From positions 1-64,000 of the IMG/VR virus record IMGVR_UViG_3300005805_000051: a stretch of 64,000 nt of DNA; one strand, given 5' to 3'. The notes under the pieces are model-generated. The model saw only the letters and a list, made by a program, of their open reading frames with translations. It had not been told where the DNA came from and searched no databases. The position numbers and the translations under genes were made by a program. Origin of the DNA: a virus. Of the stretch, positions 1 through 8,714 are shown one piece after another (within the stretch, counting starts at the first letter, position 1; every line of letters starts with the position of its first letter).

Positions 1-1
1 G

Positions 2-637
2 TTGCTGTTGTTCCCACTGCTCTGCATAAGTTTTCGCAAGGGCATGCTGCGATTCAATCACCGCGAGATGACCCTGTGCTTGCTGAAGCAGGTCTTTGGT
101 TTCGGTGAGGCGCCCCTTGAGGAGGGCATGCATCATGGAAAAAACTTCAATGTCGAGGACATCTTCCAAGATATCGCGTCGTGCTTGCGGGGTCAACCGC
201 ATAAATGGCACATACGACGATGCACCGAGAATCACGACTTGCGTAAACGCTTTGTAGTTGCACTTGAGAATATACTTCTCCAAGTGGTCTTGCATCTCGT
301 TTGCGCTCGGAAGCGCCTCAATCGGTTTTCCATCACAAAGAATATCAAACACACTGGGTTTGATGCCACGCCGCACGACATAGCGATGACTCTGCGTCGT
401 GAACTCGACTTCGACCACGAGTTCCTTTTGGTTCACGCTATTGATAATCGATGGCTTGTTGATATTCCGAAACGGCTTACCGTACAACGCAAAACACAAC
501 GCGTCCAGCACGGTGGTTTTCCCTGCACCGTTCTGCCCGACAATCAAGGTATGCGGATGTGAGTCCAGTGGCGTTTTTGTCCACGCATTACCAGTGGCGA
601 GGAAGTTCTTATATTTTATGGAGTGAAAAGTCAGCAT
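2..637 (-). CDS. gp46: Recombination endonuclease ATPase subunit (SbcC/Rad50-like); the 3' part runs off the window edge
   Basis: Not in the ORF track. Hand translation from ATG 637 gives MLTFHSIKYKNFLATGN...IVGQNGAGKTTVLDALCFALYGKPFRNINKP (Walker A). It follows gp47. Confidence 0.95.
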   Translation of the reverse strand, partial: MLTFHSIKYKNFLATGNAWTKTPLDSHPHTLIVGQNGAGKTTVLDALCFALYGKPFRNINKPSIINSVNQKELVVEVEFTTQSHRYVVRRGIKPSVFDILCDGKPIEALPSANEMQDHLEKYILKCNYKAFTQVVILGASSYVPFMRLTPQARRDILEDVLDIEVFSMMHALLKGRLTETKDLLQQAQGHLAVIESQHALAKTYAEQWEQQQ

Positions 638-639
638 AC

Positions 640-1743
640 TTACGCTCGGGCAACGGTCTTCGCTTGTTCTGCGGCTTCTTGATACAGCGAGGTCATCAGT
701 GCAGTCACATCGCGTTGAATGTCACTGTTGGCCCACGGTAAACTCTGGACATACCAACGAATCGTGGACAAAGTATCCAATGATGTATTGGCCGCTTCCG
801 TTGGCATATCTTCCGGTGTCCATGCACTATCATCGATAAACTGGACATCGTGACAGCCGAGTTTCATGACCGCATCTGCAAAGGTTTCATACCAAATCGG
901 TTGGGTCTTCTTTCGCACCAGCACTTTCACAATCCGTTGTGCGACACCACGAGACGACATAGACGCGAGTAACTCTTTCACATAGGTCATCGGCTGATCT
1001 GCATCATCATAGATGAAGCGGAAAAAGAGATGATGCGGGTTCTCCACAAAGGTCAGGTCATGCGTCTCCGGTGTCCACCAGTGAAAGCCGTGCGCGTCGC
1101 CGTGGTCGCTCCAAATCATCTCATACGGTGACCCCAGATAGTGAATATTCCCTCGCGAGGACTTGTGATGATAATGACCACTCAGCACCAACGGAAACTG
1201 CTTGAAGGCGTCCGTGCTGAGTCCGTGGTCGTTAGTGACGCCACGGAACATTTCAAATCCTCCGAACTCGAAGTGCCCCATGACGACACTGCCGGTATAC
1301 TGTGCAAGGGTATCCATGCTGTGTGTCGTGTTCTCATCACACAACCACGGCATCAACAGTACTGCGGTATCCTGCACCCGAATCTCGGTGGCGGTGCGAT
1401 AGACCTGCACATTCGTATATTCCTTGAACGCTTCGTGACTCGACAATGACAAGCTGTGCTTGTAAGGAAGGTCATGATTGCCAAGGAGCCAATGCACTTT
1501 GATGCCCCGCTGTCGTGCGGGTTCAAAGAACATATGCTTTGCAAACGAGAGCGTTTGAAAATTAACAAATTTGCGGCGATCGGTCATGTCACCCAGATGT
1601 AGAATCTCGGTGACGCCCCCTTCGGCGTCAATTGCCGGCCAAAAGATGTTTGTATAAAAATCTTCCTGATTCGCGTAAATGACTTGCGAATCTCCCCGCG
1701 CACCGAAATGTGTGTCAGTTATAATCGGGATACGATGGCTCAT
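640..1743 (-). CDS. gp47: Recombination endonuclease nuclease subunit (SbcD/Mre11-like)
   Basis: Metallophosphoesterase motifs DTHFG, HLGD, GNHD and SGHYH; gp55-gp47-gp46 synteny. Confidence 0.95.
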   Translation of the reverse strand: MSHRIPIITDTHFGARGDSQVIYANQEDFYTNIFWPAIDAEGGVTEILHLGDMTDRRKFVNFQTLSFAKHMFFEPARQRGIKVHWLLGNHDLPYKHSLSLSSHEAFKEYTNVQVYRTATEIRVQDTAVLLMPWLCDENTTHSMDTLAQYTGSVVMGHFEFGGFEMFRGVTNDHGLSTDAFKQFPLVLSGHYHHKSSRGNIHYLGSPYEMIWSDHGDAHGFHWWTPETHDLTFVENPHHLFFRFIYDDADQPMTYVKELLASMSSRGVAQRIVKVLVRKKTQPIWYETFADAVMKLGCHDVQFIDDSAWTPEDMPTEAANTSLDTLSTIRWYVQSLPWANSDIQRDVTALMTSLYQEAAEQAKTVARA

Positions 1744-2393
1744 AGTTCCTCAATCGTGTCATCGGCGTCCTCTTCCCCATCATCGTCGGGAAAGCGTTCC
1801 ACTTCGCCGTCGACGCCGCGTTCATGCTCAACCTCTTCATCCTCTTCTAGTATATCAAAAGAAACGATGCCGTCATGCTCGGCGTCGTGTAAGGAACGTC
1901 GCGCTCGGTTCGCACTGAGCTTCTGCTCGTAGTCGCGGATGAAGTCATGCACATTTTCGTAGGACATCCATGCCGGATCTTTGATATTTGCGGCATCCCC
2001 ATCCTGCGTGGTGTAGTCGGCATTTTGAAGCGTTTGCTCCATCGCATACTTGAGCTTGATGTAGGATTGTTTTTTCTCGCGCTCAATGCGACGAATAAAC
2101 GCGAAGTGCGTAATCTGCGTAAAGTACGCAAACGGATTCGTACTCTTGGCCGGGTCAAAGTTGTGCATATACATGATGCAGTTTTCCACCGCATCACTAA
2201 TCATATCATCGCGAAAGGTATACTGAGCAAAGTTGGCTTTATGTGACAACCGAGTCGCAATCTTCAGCAAACATTCACCGATGTATTCAGGAATCGGTGG
2301 GGGATTCTTTGGCTTCTTTGCGATCTTGTTCCTGTACTTGACTAGTTCTTCAAAGAGCTTCTTGTTGTCGACATAATGATGTTGGCTGGCCAT
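1740..2393 (-). CDS. gp55: Late transcription sigma factor
   Basis: HYVDNK...YIGECLLKIATRLSHKANF...NPFAYFTQI motifs and acidic C-tail. Start moved to ATG 2393 because the longer ORF overlaps the upstream gene. Confidence 0.95.
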   Translation of the reverse strand: MASQHHYVDNKKLFEELVKYRNKIAKKPKNPPPIPEYIGECLLKIATRLSHKANFAQYTFRDDMISDAVENCIMYMHNFDPAKSTNPFAYFTQITHFAFIRRIEREKKQSYIKLKYAMEQTLQNADYTTQDGDAANIKDPAWMSYENVHDFIRDYEQKLSANRARRSLHDAEHDGIVSFDILEEDEEVEHERGVDGEVERFPDDDGEEDADDTIEEL

Positions 2394-2394
2394 A

Positions 2395-2901
2395 TTAGTT
2401 GGGCTTGCCTTTCGGCTTGAAATTTTGCAGCACGTAGTCGAAATACGACTTTCGCACTTCATCCACTGTGGTGTCGGGCGGCAGCGGCTCCGGGAAGGTA
2501 TGTTGCCCGTCTTGCCCCACGGGACGCAACTCGCGAAACACGACCCCGTGATCATAGAGCTTTTCCGCCCACTCGATATAGGCTTGCACAATATTGTCCG
2601 CGAGAGGGGCGATCGTCAGTATGTGATCGAGATAGATGGGAAACATCAGGGCATCGCTCATAGAGAGCCAGCGTTCAAACCGAGTGCGAACGCGAGAGAC
2701 ATTCAAGTCATCTTGCATGTCTGCGGTCTGCTCTAACGATTCATATTGAACGGCAATCGGCCGTTCCAGCATCATCCGGTCATCTTCGGGGGAATGATAT
2801 GCTACCGTGAGGATTTCTTCGCCGGTGATTAGTCGCACGATGACGGGCGCGCCGTCATAGAGGGCGGTAAACCCATCCTCTTTCGGGGTCTGATAGCTCA
2901 T
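2395..2901 (-). CDS. Conserved T4-like hypothetical protein (possible Sm-like fold)
   Basis: VRLITGEEIL N-terminal motif; sits between uvsW and gp55. Confidence 0.7.
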   Translation of the reverse strand: MSYQTPKEDGFTALYDGAPVIVRLITGEEILTVAYHSPEDDRMMLERPIAVQYESLEQTADMQDDLNVSRVRTRFERWLSMSDALMFPIYLDHILTIAPLADNIVQAYIEWAEKLYDHGVVFRELRPVGQDGQHTFPEPLPPDTTVDEVRKSYFDYVLQNFKPKGKPN

Positions 2902-3242
2902 ACTAACTCTCCTTCATCACTGAGGTTATGGGTATATAGTTCGATGGGAAACGCTTCTTCTTTGTAGAACTTTGCGCGTTGCCCCCAATGCTTGAACGCA
3001 TAGTTTACATGTTTGCGGTCATGGGCATCATCTACAATATCCATCACATGCACCACGCGCTTTGAGGCATGAAGGCGTAGACCACGACCGATGCTTTGCA
3101 ATACGCGATAGCGGCTCTTGGAGGGCGATGCGAACACGAGATGGTGCAAGCGACGCACATTGACGCCGGTACTAAAGGTGCCGTACGATGCGATGAGAAT
3201 CGCATCTTTCACCTGTTCCCGCCGGATTGCTGTAGGCTTCAT
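2898..3242 (-). CDS. uvsW: UvsW helicase, C-terminal fragment (motifs V-VI)
   Basis: DAILIASYGTFSTGVNVRRLHHLVFASPSKSRYRVLQSIGRGLR...DIVDD...H..QR..FY.EE.F is the UvsW C-terminus. ATG at 3242. Confidence 0.9.
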   Translation of the reverse strand: MKPTAIRREQVKDAILIASYGTFSTGVNVRRLHHLVFASPSKSRYRVLQSIGRGLRLHASKRVVHVMDIVDDAHDRKHVNYAFKHWGQRAKFYKEEAFPIELYTHNLSDEGELV

Positions 3243-3255
3243 CCTGTACCACCAT

Positions 3256-3288
3256 AAAAAAAGGGGATGTCGTTTTGACATCCCCTTT
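3256..3288 (-). terminator. Intrinsic terminator of the gene inserted in uvsW
   Basis: Minus strand GGGGATGTC-AAAAC-GACATCCCC followed by T7. Confidence 0.85.
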
Positions 3289-3297
3289 AGTATAGCA
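3289..3297 (-). promoter_or_regulatory. Extended -10 promoter TGCTATACT
   Basis: The same 9-mer occurs at 5990, 30728 and 61610, each upstream of a non-structural gene. Confidence 0.6.
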
Positions 3298-3312
3298 CAA
3301 GATGTAGTAGAG

Positions 3313-4167
3313 TTACTCAGGTAACTGCGTGTCGTCTCCGTCACCACCACCCGGATCAACGATGCTTCCCATCGCGACCAAGCACTCGTACTGCACCCGA
3401 CCATTCGGTAGCACCTTGCGGAGATTCCATCCCGCTGACGGTACCTTGCTCTGCTCTGAACGCAGTGCAGCGGTCGCGGTCGACCCCGATCCACCCGCAC
3501 CACCGAAGGTCACGGTCGGTTCACTGGTGTAGTTGATGCCGTTTGCAGTCATCGTGACCGCTAACACACCGAAGTTCAGGTTGATGACCAATCCCGAACC
3601 CACCCCCGTGGTGTTGGTCACATCGTTGTTGGACACACGGGTCGGCAGCGTGGTAAATGCTCCAGCGGTGTTGATTGAGATGGTCAGCACGGTGTTCGAT
3701 GCGGCCGCGTTTACGGTCAACACATTGAACTTCGCACCGGTCGTGGCACCCGCGGCGCCCGTGGTGTTGATGGTCACCACATCACCGGGGGCGTAGTTTG
3801 ATCCACCGGCGAAGATCGTGCTACCCGTCACAATCTTTGCGGTCGCTTGTGCGGTTGCCCCTGAGGCGTCAGGACCGCCACCCGAGAATGCGACGGTCGG
3901 GCGCGCAGTATATCCTGACCCCGCAGCCGTCACGGTTACGGACGCGACCTGACCCGTTACTGAGTCCAGCATTTCATCAGCGGAGACGCCAAACACACCA
4001 GCAGTGTATCCGTTAGAAAATGCGGTGTTGGTCACGAATGCGTTCGCGGTCGTGTTGTTGAACAGGGTATCGCGGTTTGCCGTATTCGGCGTGAGCATAA
4101 CCGACACAGGGCCCCAGATGGGCGAATTGTTGGCTTGGTCTGTATTTCCCCACATGGTCTGTGACAT
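3313..4167 (-). CDS. Putative virion structural protein (Gly/Thr/Ala-rich) inserted within uvsW
   Basis: GSGYT..PTV.F.GG-type modules, MWGNTD N-terminus and GW...GRVQYECLVAM C-terminus. It has its own late promoter, RBS and terminator. Confidence 0.7.
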   Translation of the reverse strand: MSQTMWGNTDQANNSPIWGPVSVMLTPNTANRDTLFNNTTANAFVTNTAFSNGYTAGVFGVSADEMLDSVTGQVASVTVTAAGSGYTARPTVAFSGGGPDASGATAQATAKIVTGSTIFAGGSNYAPGDVVTINTTGAAGATTGAKFNVLTVNAAASNTVLTISINTAGAFTTLPTRVSNNDVTNTTGVGSGLVINLNFGVLAVTMTANGINYTSEPTVTFGGAGGSGSTATAALRSEQSKVPSAGWNLRKVLPNGRVQYECLVAMGSIVDPGGGDGDDTQLPE

Positions 4168-4182
4168 GTTGGTATCCTTTAG

Positions 4183-5547
4183 CTAAAAGTTATCTGACGC
4201 GGAAACGTGCGCTGGCACTTCCTCTACTCTTCTATTTAGTATCCACGCATCGTCCACATCGTCCTCTAGCGTGATGGCTTCTGCTGCTTTTATAGTACCA
4301 TCCACAAGGGGTACCGGTTCCATTGGGATACATCTAACGTATTTATCTCCGAAGGTTAACACGATGTGTTCTGGTTGTTCTAACAAAGCGCGAATCGATT
4401 CACGGGTATCCCCGTCTACTTGACCGCTAACGAAATACACCGGTCGGGTTGATCCGACTCGCGCTTTGATGGCGTGATACAACGGCACCCCATGCTTTTC
4501 CACGAACTGATACAGCACCAGCACATTGCCCTTGAGTTGCTCGGTAAAGCTGACGAGCCACTCCATGCGTTTGGGGTGCTGCACGAGATACTGTATCTCG
4601 TCCACATACCGGCGATGGTGTTCCCGAAGCTGCCAGCGGTCGTGTGAAGAATACTGGAGGAAGTGGCCTTGGATACGGATGGGTGTCAGGTGCCCCCGCT
4701 CCTGAAGGTCGGCTGTGCGCGCCACGCGGTGCGGGGGACCAAAGACGCCTTCCACCATGAGCTTGTTGCTCTTTGCATCGTCTAAGGTACCAGTGACACC
4801 GATCCGGTGCGAACAGTGCGGCAGCTTCTCCATGATGCTTCGCAGCGATTCCGCTTTGAAGGTATGCGCTTCGTCACCGAGCAGGGTACGATACCGACTG
4901 AACCACTCTTCAGGTTGACGAAAAATGCTTTGCCAAGTACTGACGACCACCGGCTTGGTCGTCTCTTTCGTCACCCCACCGGTAATCTGATGCACGGACG
5001 CATCGACATCAGTCCATCCATAGTCGCGCCAGTCTTCGACCATCTGACGCACCAGTGTAATGGTCGGAACCACCAGCAAGACCGGGCCGTCCATCATACG
5101 CGCCCGCACGAGATAATACAGCACCAGCGATTTTCCTGAAGCGGTCGGCGACAGCAGCACCGCACGGGTCTGATGCAGTCCGTGCGTAATCGCGTCCCGC
5201 TGGTAGTCTCGCACGTCTAGATGCGTCGGATAGGTCTGAAGCAATCGCTCGGTATCAAACCCGTCCCATACCGCACGAGACGGCGGGAGCCGATTTTCAA
5301 TCGTATAGCCCTGCTTCGCGGCCCAGCGTTCAATGCGTGACGCAAGCCCTGCGTAGACCATCTTGGTCGTACGATTGAGCAAGCGAACTTTCCCGTCCCA
5401 GCCTTTGCGAAACTTCGACATGTATTGCGAGCCGGGCACGAGAAACGACAGTTCCTCGCTGAGTTCGCGCTCAATGCTCTCGCTTGTCCACACGAAGCAA
5501 TACGCATGCGTGTGCGGTGCGAGAATGATATCAGGAGGGACAGGCAT
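4183..5547 (-). CDS. uvsW: UvsW helicase, N-terminal fragment (motifs I-IV) with a ~60-aa non-helicase tail
   Basis: RDYQ, SPTASGKS, DEAH, TGTL and SGQVDGDTRESIR are present; motifs V/VI are absent. Confidence 0.92.
   Translation of the reverse strand: MPVPPDIILAPHTHAYCFVWTSESIERELSEELSFLVPGSQYMSKFRKGWDGKVRLLNRTTKMVYAGLASRIERWAAKQGYTIENRLPPSRAVWDGFDTERLLQTYPTHLDVRDYQRDAITHGLHQTRAVLLSPTASGKSLVLYYLVRARMMDGPVLLVVPTITLVRQMVEDWRDYGWTDVDASVHQITGGVTKETTKPVVVSTWQSIFRQPEEWFSRYRTLLGDEAHTFKAESLRSIMEKLPHCSHRIGVTGTLDDAKSNKLMVEGVFGPPHRVARTADLQERGHLTPIRIQGHFLQYSSHDRWQLREHHRRYVDEIQYLVQHPKRMEWLVSFTEQLKGNVLVLYQFVEKHGVPLYHAIKARVGSTRPVYFVSGQVDGDTRESIRALLEQPEHIVLTFGDKYVRCIPMEPVPLVDGTIKAAEAITLEDDVDDAWILNRRVEEVPAHVSASDNF
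4233..4239 (-). promoter_or_regulatory. Late promoter CTAAATA
   Basis: Matches the recurring (C/A)TAAATA motif; lies inside the uvsW-N tail, upstream of the inserted gene. Confidence 0.65.
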
Positions 5548-5981
5548 TACGCCCCCTGCGAGAAGCGCAGGTAGTCCACATAACTGCGAATCAGATAGCC
5601 ACGATTGTTGATGTGCTTGATGCAGTCTTCAATGAACTTGAGCTTGAGTTCTTGCACATCCACTTTCCCCGCGAGGGGGAGCAAATCGGTATCGGTGTTC
5701 AGGTACGTATCGACTTCCTGACGCACGATACGCACCGGCTGCGGGTTCCAGCCCAGAGCTTTCCGTTCGTCTTCATCCATGCGCCCGAGATACCACTCAA
5801 ACTTCTGTCGCTTGAGCATATCATAATCTTGCTTGAGCGCGACGTACCGCTGCCGTTCGTGGGTATAGAACTGCCACCATTTGCCGTGCAACAGCGGCAC
5901 CTGCGTGATGGCACGATCAGGCGACGAGAAATCCAGCGTCTTATCGGTATGCCATTCCTGATGGAGTGCGTCGAGTGTCAT
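5547..5981 (-). CDS. uvsY: Recombination mediator protein
   Basis: PLLHGKW, KFEWYLG and I.NRGY.I....DY.RF..G motifs; its stop overlaps the uvsW start. Confidence 0.92.
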   Translation of the reverse strand: MTLDALHQEWHTDKTLDFSSPDRAITQVPLLHGKWWQFYTHERQRYVALKQDYDMLKRQKFEWYLGRMDEDERKALGWNPQPVRIVRQEVDTYLNTDTDLLPLAGKVDVQELKLKFIEDCIKHINNRGYLIRSYVDYLRFSQGA

Positions 5982-5989
5982 AGGTCAGT

Positions 5990-5998
5990 AGTATAGCA
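5990..5998 (-). promoter_or_regulatory. Extended -10 promoter TGCTATACT upstream of uvsY
   Basis: TGn-TATACT located 8 nt before the ATG. Confidence 0.6.
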
Positions 5999-6000
5999 TA

Positions 6001-6573
6001 CTACCGACGAATCTCCACGATGGTGTAGAAGTCATACTCGAACGTGGCGGTAGAGGTCATGACCTGCCCCGGATCAACATTCGTGGCAAACTGCACCTGA
6101 CCCAACGAAGTAATATAGGCGTTGTAGAACAACACGCGCAGAATCGGAATCTTCGCGGGGTTCACAATCGTCAACCCGGCATAGGTTTGCGATGCAAGAC
6201 CGAGTGCGGTTTCATCATTCTTATTGTCCGGCCAGATATAGTTCGCTTGGTCGGCTAAAAACTCTGCGACCACTTCAGAACGGTCGGCCCCACCGGTCAT
6301 ACCCCAGAGCCACTTATACAGTTCACGATGCACCCGAAACTCTTCATCGACAATGAAGGTCACATTCAAGGGATCGAAGTTCAGGCGCTCTGGGGCAAAT
6401 TTTGAAAAGATACCCGCTGTTTGTACGCGGGGAATATTCGCGGTAATCGTAGGTAGATTCACTTCCTGTATCATGAATGACAGATTAGGCATTCGCGCAA
6501 ACCTAATCATGTGATTCTGCGGGTTTGCAGGAAACAGGTTGTAGGTGTCTGCGGGAAGTGAGAGATTACTCAT
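6001..6573 (-). CDS. gp3: Tail tube terminator / tail completion protein
   Basis: PNLSF.IQEVNLP, F.PLNVTFIVDE and F.Y..Y C-terminus; synteny. Confidence 0.85.
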   Translation of the reverse strand: MSNLSLPADTYNLFPANPQNHMIRFARMPNLSFMIQEVNLPTITANIPRVQTAGIFSKFAPERLNFDPLNVTFIVDEEFRVHRELYKWLWGMTGGADRSEVVAEFLADQANYIWPDNKNDETALGLASQTYAGLTIVNPAKIPILRVLFYNAYITSLGQVQFATNVDPGQVMTSTATFEYDFYTIVEIRR

Positions 6574-6581
6574 AGCAGTAT

Positions 6582-7265
6582 TTAGGGCAACTTTCGAGCG
6601 CGATAGCCTTTAGTGTGACCATAAGTGGTAAAGTTTCCCTGACTCAAGCCGTGGTCTTTACAAAACTGACGAAGATTGGTGATGCGTACGATTTCCCCCG
6701 TGGGCATCGTCACTTCCCATTCCGACACATTCGCTTCACGCGCCCGTTGTTTTTGGTGGTCAGTTTGTGGTTTCCCACGACGCTTATCCGCAATCTGTCG
6801 TATTACTTCTGGGGAATGATGGTGTGGGTTATTTCGTTTGCTTTCACTAATCTTCCGTTTGGTTTCTTCGGTATGCGTGGTTCTAATACGAAGATGCGGA
6901 TGTTTTTCATATCGTTCTTTTTGAGCGGCAGATATCCGCTGTTTAGTTTCATTTGTAGGTGTCCATTCACGACCAACACCAATCGTATTCCCTTTCATTC
7001 GCGCAGATTGCGTTTCACGCGCCGCCGGGGTTTTCCAACGTCGTTGCTGAACATGTCGTGCTAGTTCTATCCGCGCAGCTTCTGCTTCCTCTGTCTTCCC
7101 CGCAAGTAATAACCACGCGAGTTTATCTTCAGGACGACCATGCTGTTCCCATAACAATCGATGAGCTTCCGCATGTTCTGTAATCGTAAGACGAATAAGA
7201 TTAGAGGGGTCGTCAGTACCGCCTGCATGTTTGGGAATAATATGATGCCAATGATAAACTTCCAT
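6582..7265 (-). CDS. HNH homing endonuclease with NUMOD3-type repeats
   Basis: HHIIPKHAGGTDDPSNLIRLTITEHAEAH and HTEETKRKISES. ATG 7265 has a GAGG RBS, with a late promoter at 7283-7289. Confidence 0.9.
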   Translation of the reverse strand: MEVYHWHHIIPKHAGGTDDPSNLIRLTITEHAEAHRLLWEQHGRPEDKLAWLLLAGKTEEAEAARIELARHVQQRRWKTPAARETQSARMKGNTIGVGREWTPTNETKQRISAAQKERYEKHPHLRIRTTHTEETKRKISESKRNNPHHHSPEVIRQIADKRRGKPQTDHQKQRAREANVSEWEVTMPTGEIVRITNLRQFCKDHGLSQGNFTTYGHTKGYRARKLP

Positions 7266-7290
7266 ATGATTAACCTCTTTTATATTTAGC

Positions 7291-7324
7291 AAAAAGAAAG
7301 GGGCAGGATTGCTCCTGCCCCCTT
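7291..7324 (-). terminator. Intrinsic terminator after the major capsid gene
   Basis: GGGGCAGGA-GCAA-TCCTGCCCC followed by a U-rich tail. Confidence 0.88.
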
Positions 7325-7356
7325 CCCCAATCTATCTAGCATTTTTAGGTCAAATG

Positions 7357-8661
7357 CTAGAATAAGTTGGTTACCTTGACTTTTCTATAGTAAAGATTCG
7401 TGTCGGTCACCAGCGAACCGGGGCTCGCTGCGGTTGCGAACGGGTTGCCCACGGTCGCGTAGCGCGTCTTGAACCCGATCTTCGGCACGAAGCTGTTCGG
7501 GTCAACTGCACGATACATCTGGAGCGGCACATACGGGCAGTAGAACAACCCTGCGTCGTACGGTGACGAACCCTTGTATCCGACGATGAAGTAGTCAGCG
7601 GTCGGGGCCACGGGAGCATACGGGTCCACGAACACCTTGTAGCGACCCTGCAACATACCCGCGAAGGTGTTGCCGGTGTCGTCGACCACGAGGTCAGCGT
7701 TGTAGGCAGGGGTGTAGTCCAGCAGACCCGCAGCAACAAGGGCACTCGCCACATCTGACGAGGTGATGATGATGTTGCCCTTTCCGCGACGGGTGTTCTT
7801 CGCGATAGCATTGGCTTCGCGCTCGATCTGGAAGAACAGACCCTTGAACTTCTCTACCGACCAACGACCATTCGCATCCACGTCGAGGTCGAAGGTGCCG
7901 GCGACTGAAGTCGTGTTCGCACCGTTTGCAGCCACGCGACCAATGGTGCGGACCACTTCACGGTTGATTTCCGCGAGGATTTCTGCGGACAGGATGTTGG
8001 CGAGTTCCGCCTCGGCGTCGAGGTTGTGAACTGCCTTCAAGTCCTGCGCGATTTCCACGCTGTACTCGGCCTTCAGCGCACGAGTCACTGCGGTCGCGGT
8101 GACCTTCTCGATTGAGAATGCCATCTCGGGGATTGCAGTGTTCGATGCGGTTCCCAGACCTTCACCGTTCAGCGTCGACATACCCGTTGCTGCACCGTAA
8201 CCGGCTGAGAACGGATAGGTACCAAGCTGGGCACCGTTTGACGACAGACCGGCTGATGCGTTACCAGCGGCTGACCACTCGGTGTTCGCTTCGTTGAACA
8301 GCGCCTCGTCCCCACCCTGTGAGTTGTAGCGCGAACGCAGAGCGAAGATGAGTCCGGTCGGTCCTGACATCGGCTGCACACCGCAGATGTCATAGGCAAT
8401 CAGGTTCGGCATTGCACGACGCACCAACGCAATCAGAATCGGGTCGAAACCCTTGAGGTTGGTCGCGTTCGGGAATGCACCTGACTGGTTTGCAGGAGCG
8501 ACTTCGTTCAGCATCTGTGCCTGTGAGGCAACTGCTTCGCGCTCCTGATTTTCAAGCACCACGGCGGTAACCGCACGGCGCCAAGAATCCTTGATTCCCG
8601 GCAGACCCTTGTGGTCAAGCAGTGGTGCCCACTTACGTTCGAGTTCGGGCTTGAGATTCAT
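7357..8661 (-). CDS. gp23: Major capsid protein
   Basis: KWAPLL, FDPILIALVRRAMPNLIAYDICGVQPMSGPTGLIFA, YCPYVPL and KIGFKTRY motifs. Confidence 0.98.
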   Translation of the reverse strand: MNLKPELERKWAPLLDHKGLPGIKDSWRRAVTAVVLENQEREAVASQAQMLNEVAPANQSGAFPNATNLKGFDPILIALVRRAMPNLIAYDICGVQPMSGPTGLIFALRSRYNSQGGDEALFNEANTEWSAAGNASAGLSSNGAQLGTYPFSAGYGAATGMSTLNGEGLGTASNTAIPEMAFSIEKVTATAVTRALKAEYSVEIAQDLKAVHNLDAEAELANILSAEILAEINREVVRTIGRVAANGANTTSVAGTFDLDVDANGRWSVEKFKGLFFQIEREANAIAKNTRRGKGNIIITSSDVASALVAAGLLDYTPAYNADLVVDDTGNTFAGMLQGRYKVFVDPYAPVAPTADYFIVGYKGSSPYDAGLFYCPYVPLQMYRAVDPNSFVPKIGFKTRYATVGNPFATAASPGSLVTDTNLYYRKVKVTNLF

Positions 8662-8714
8662 TACTGTATTCTCCTAAAGTAAAGTAAATAACTAACGGTG
8701 AATGAGCGTCTTGG

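Noticed and set aside
2-562. Plus-strand 186-aa ORF and the many other antisense ORFs over structural genes
   Set aside because: They lie opposite recognisable conserved genes (here gp46) and carry no motifs of their own.
3243-4374. Group I/II intron or canonical split intein in uvsW
   Set aside because: The interval is filled by a gene, a promoter and a terminator. I see no intron core and no HN-(C/S/T) splice junction.
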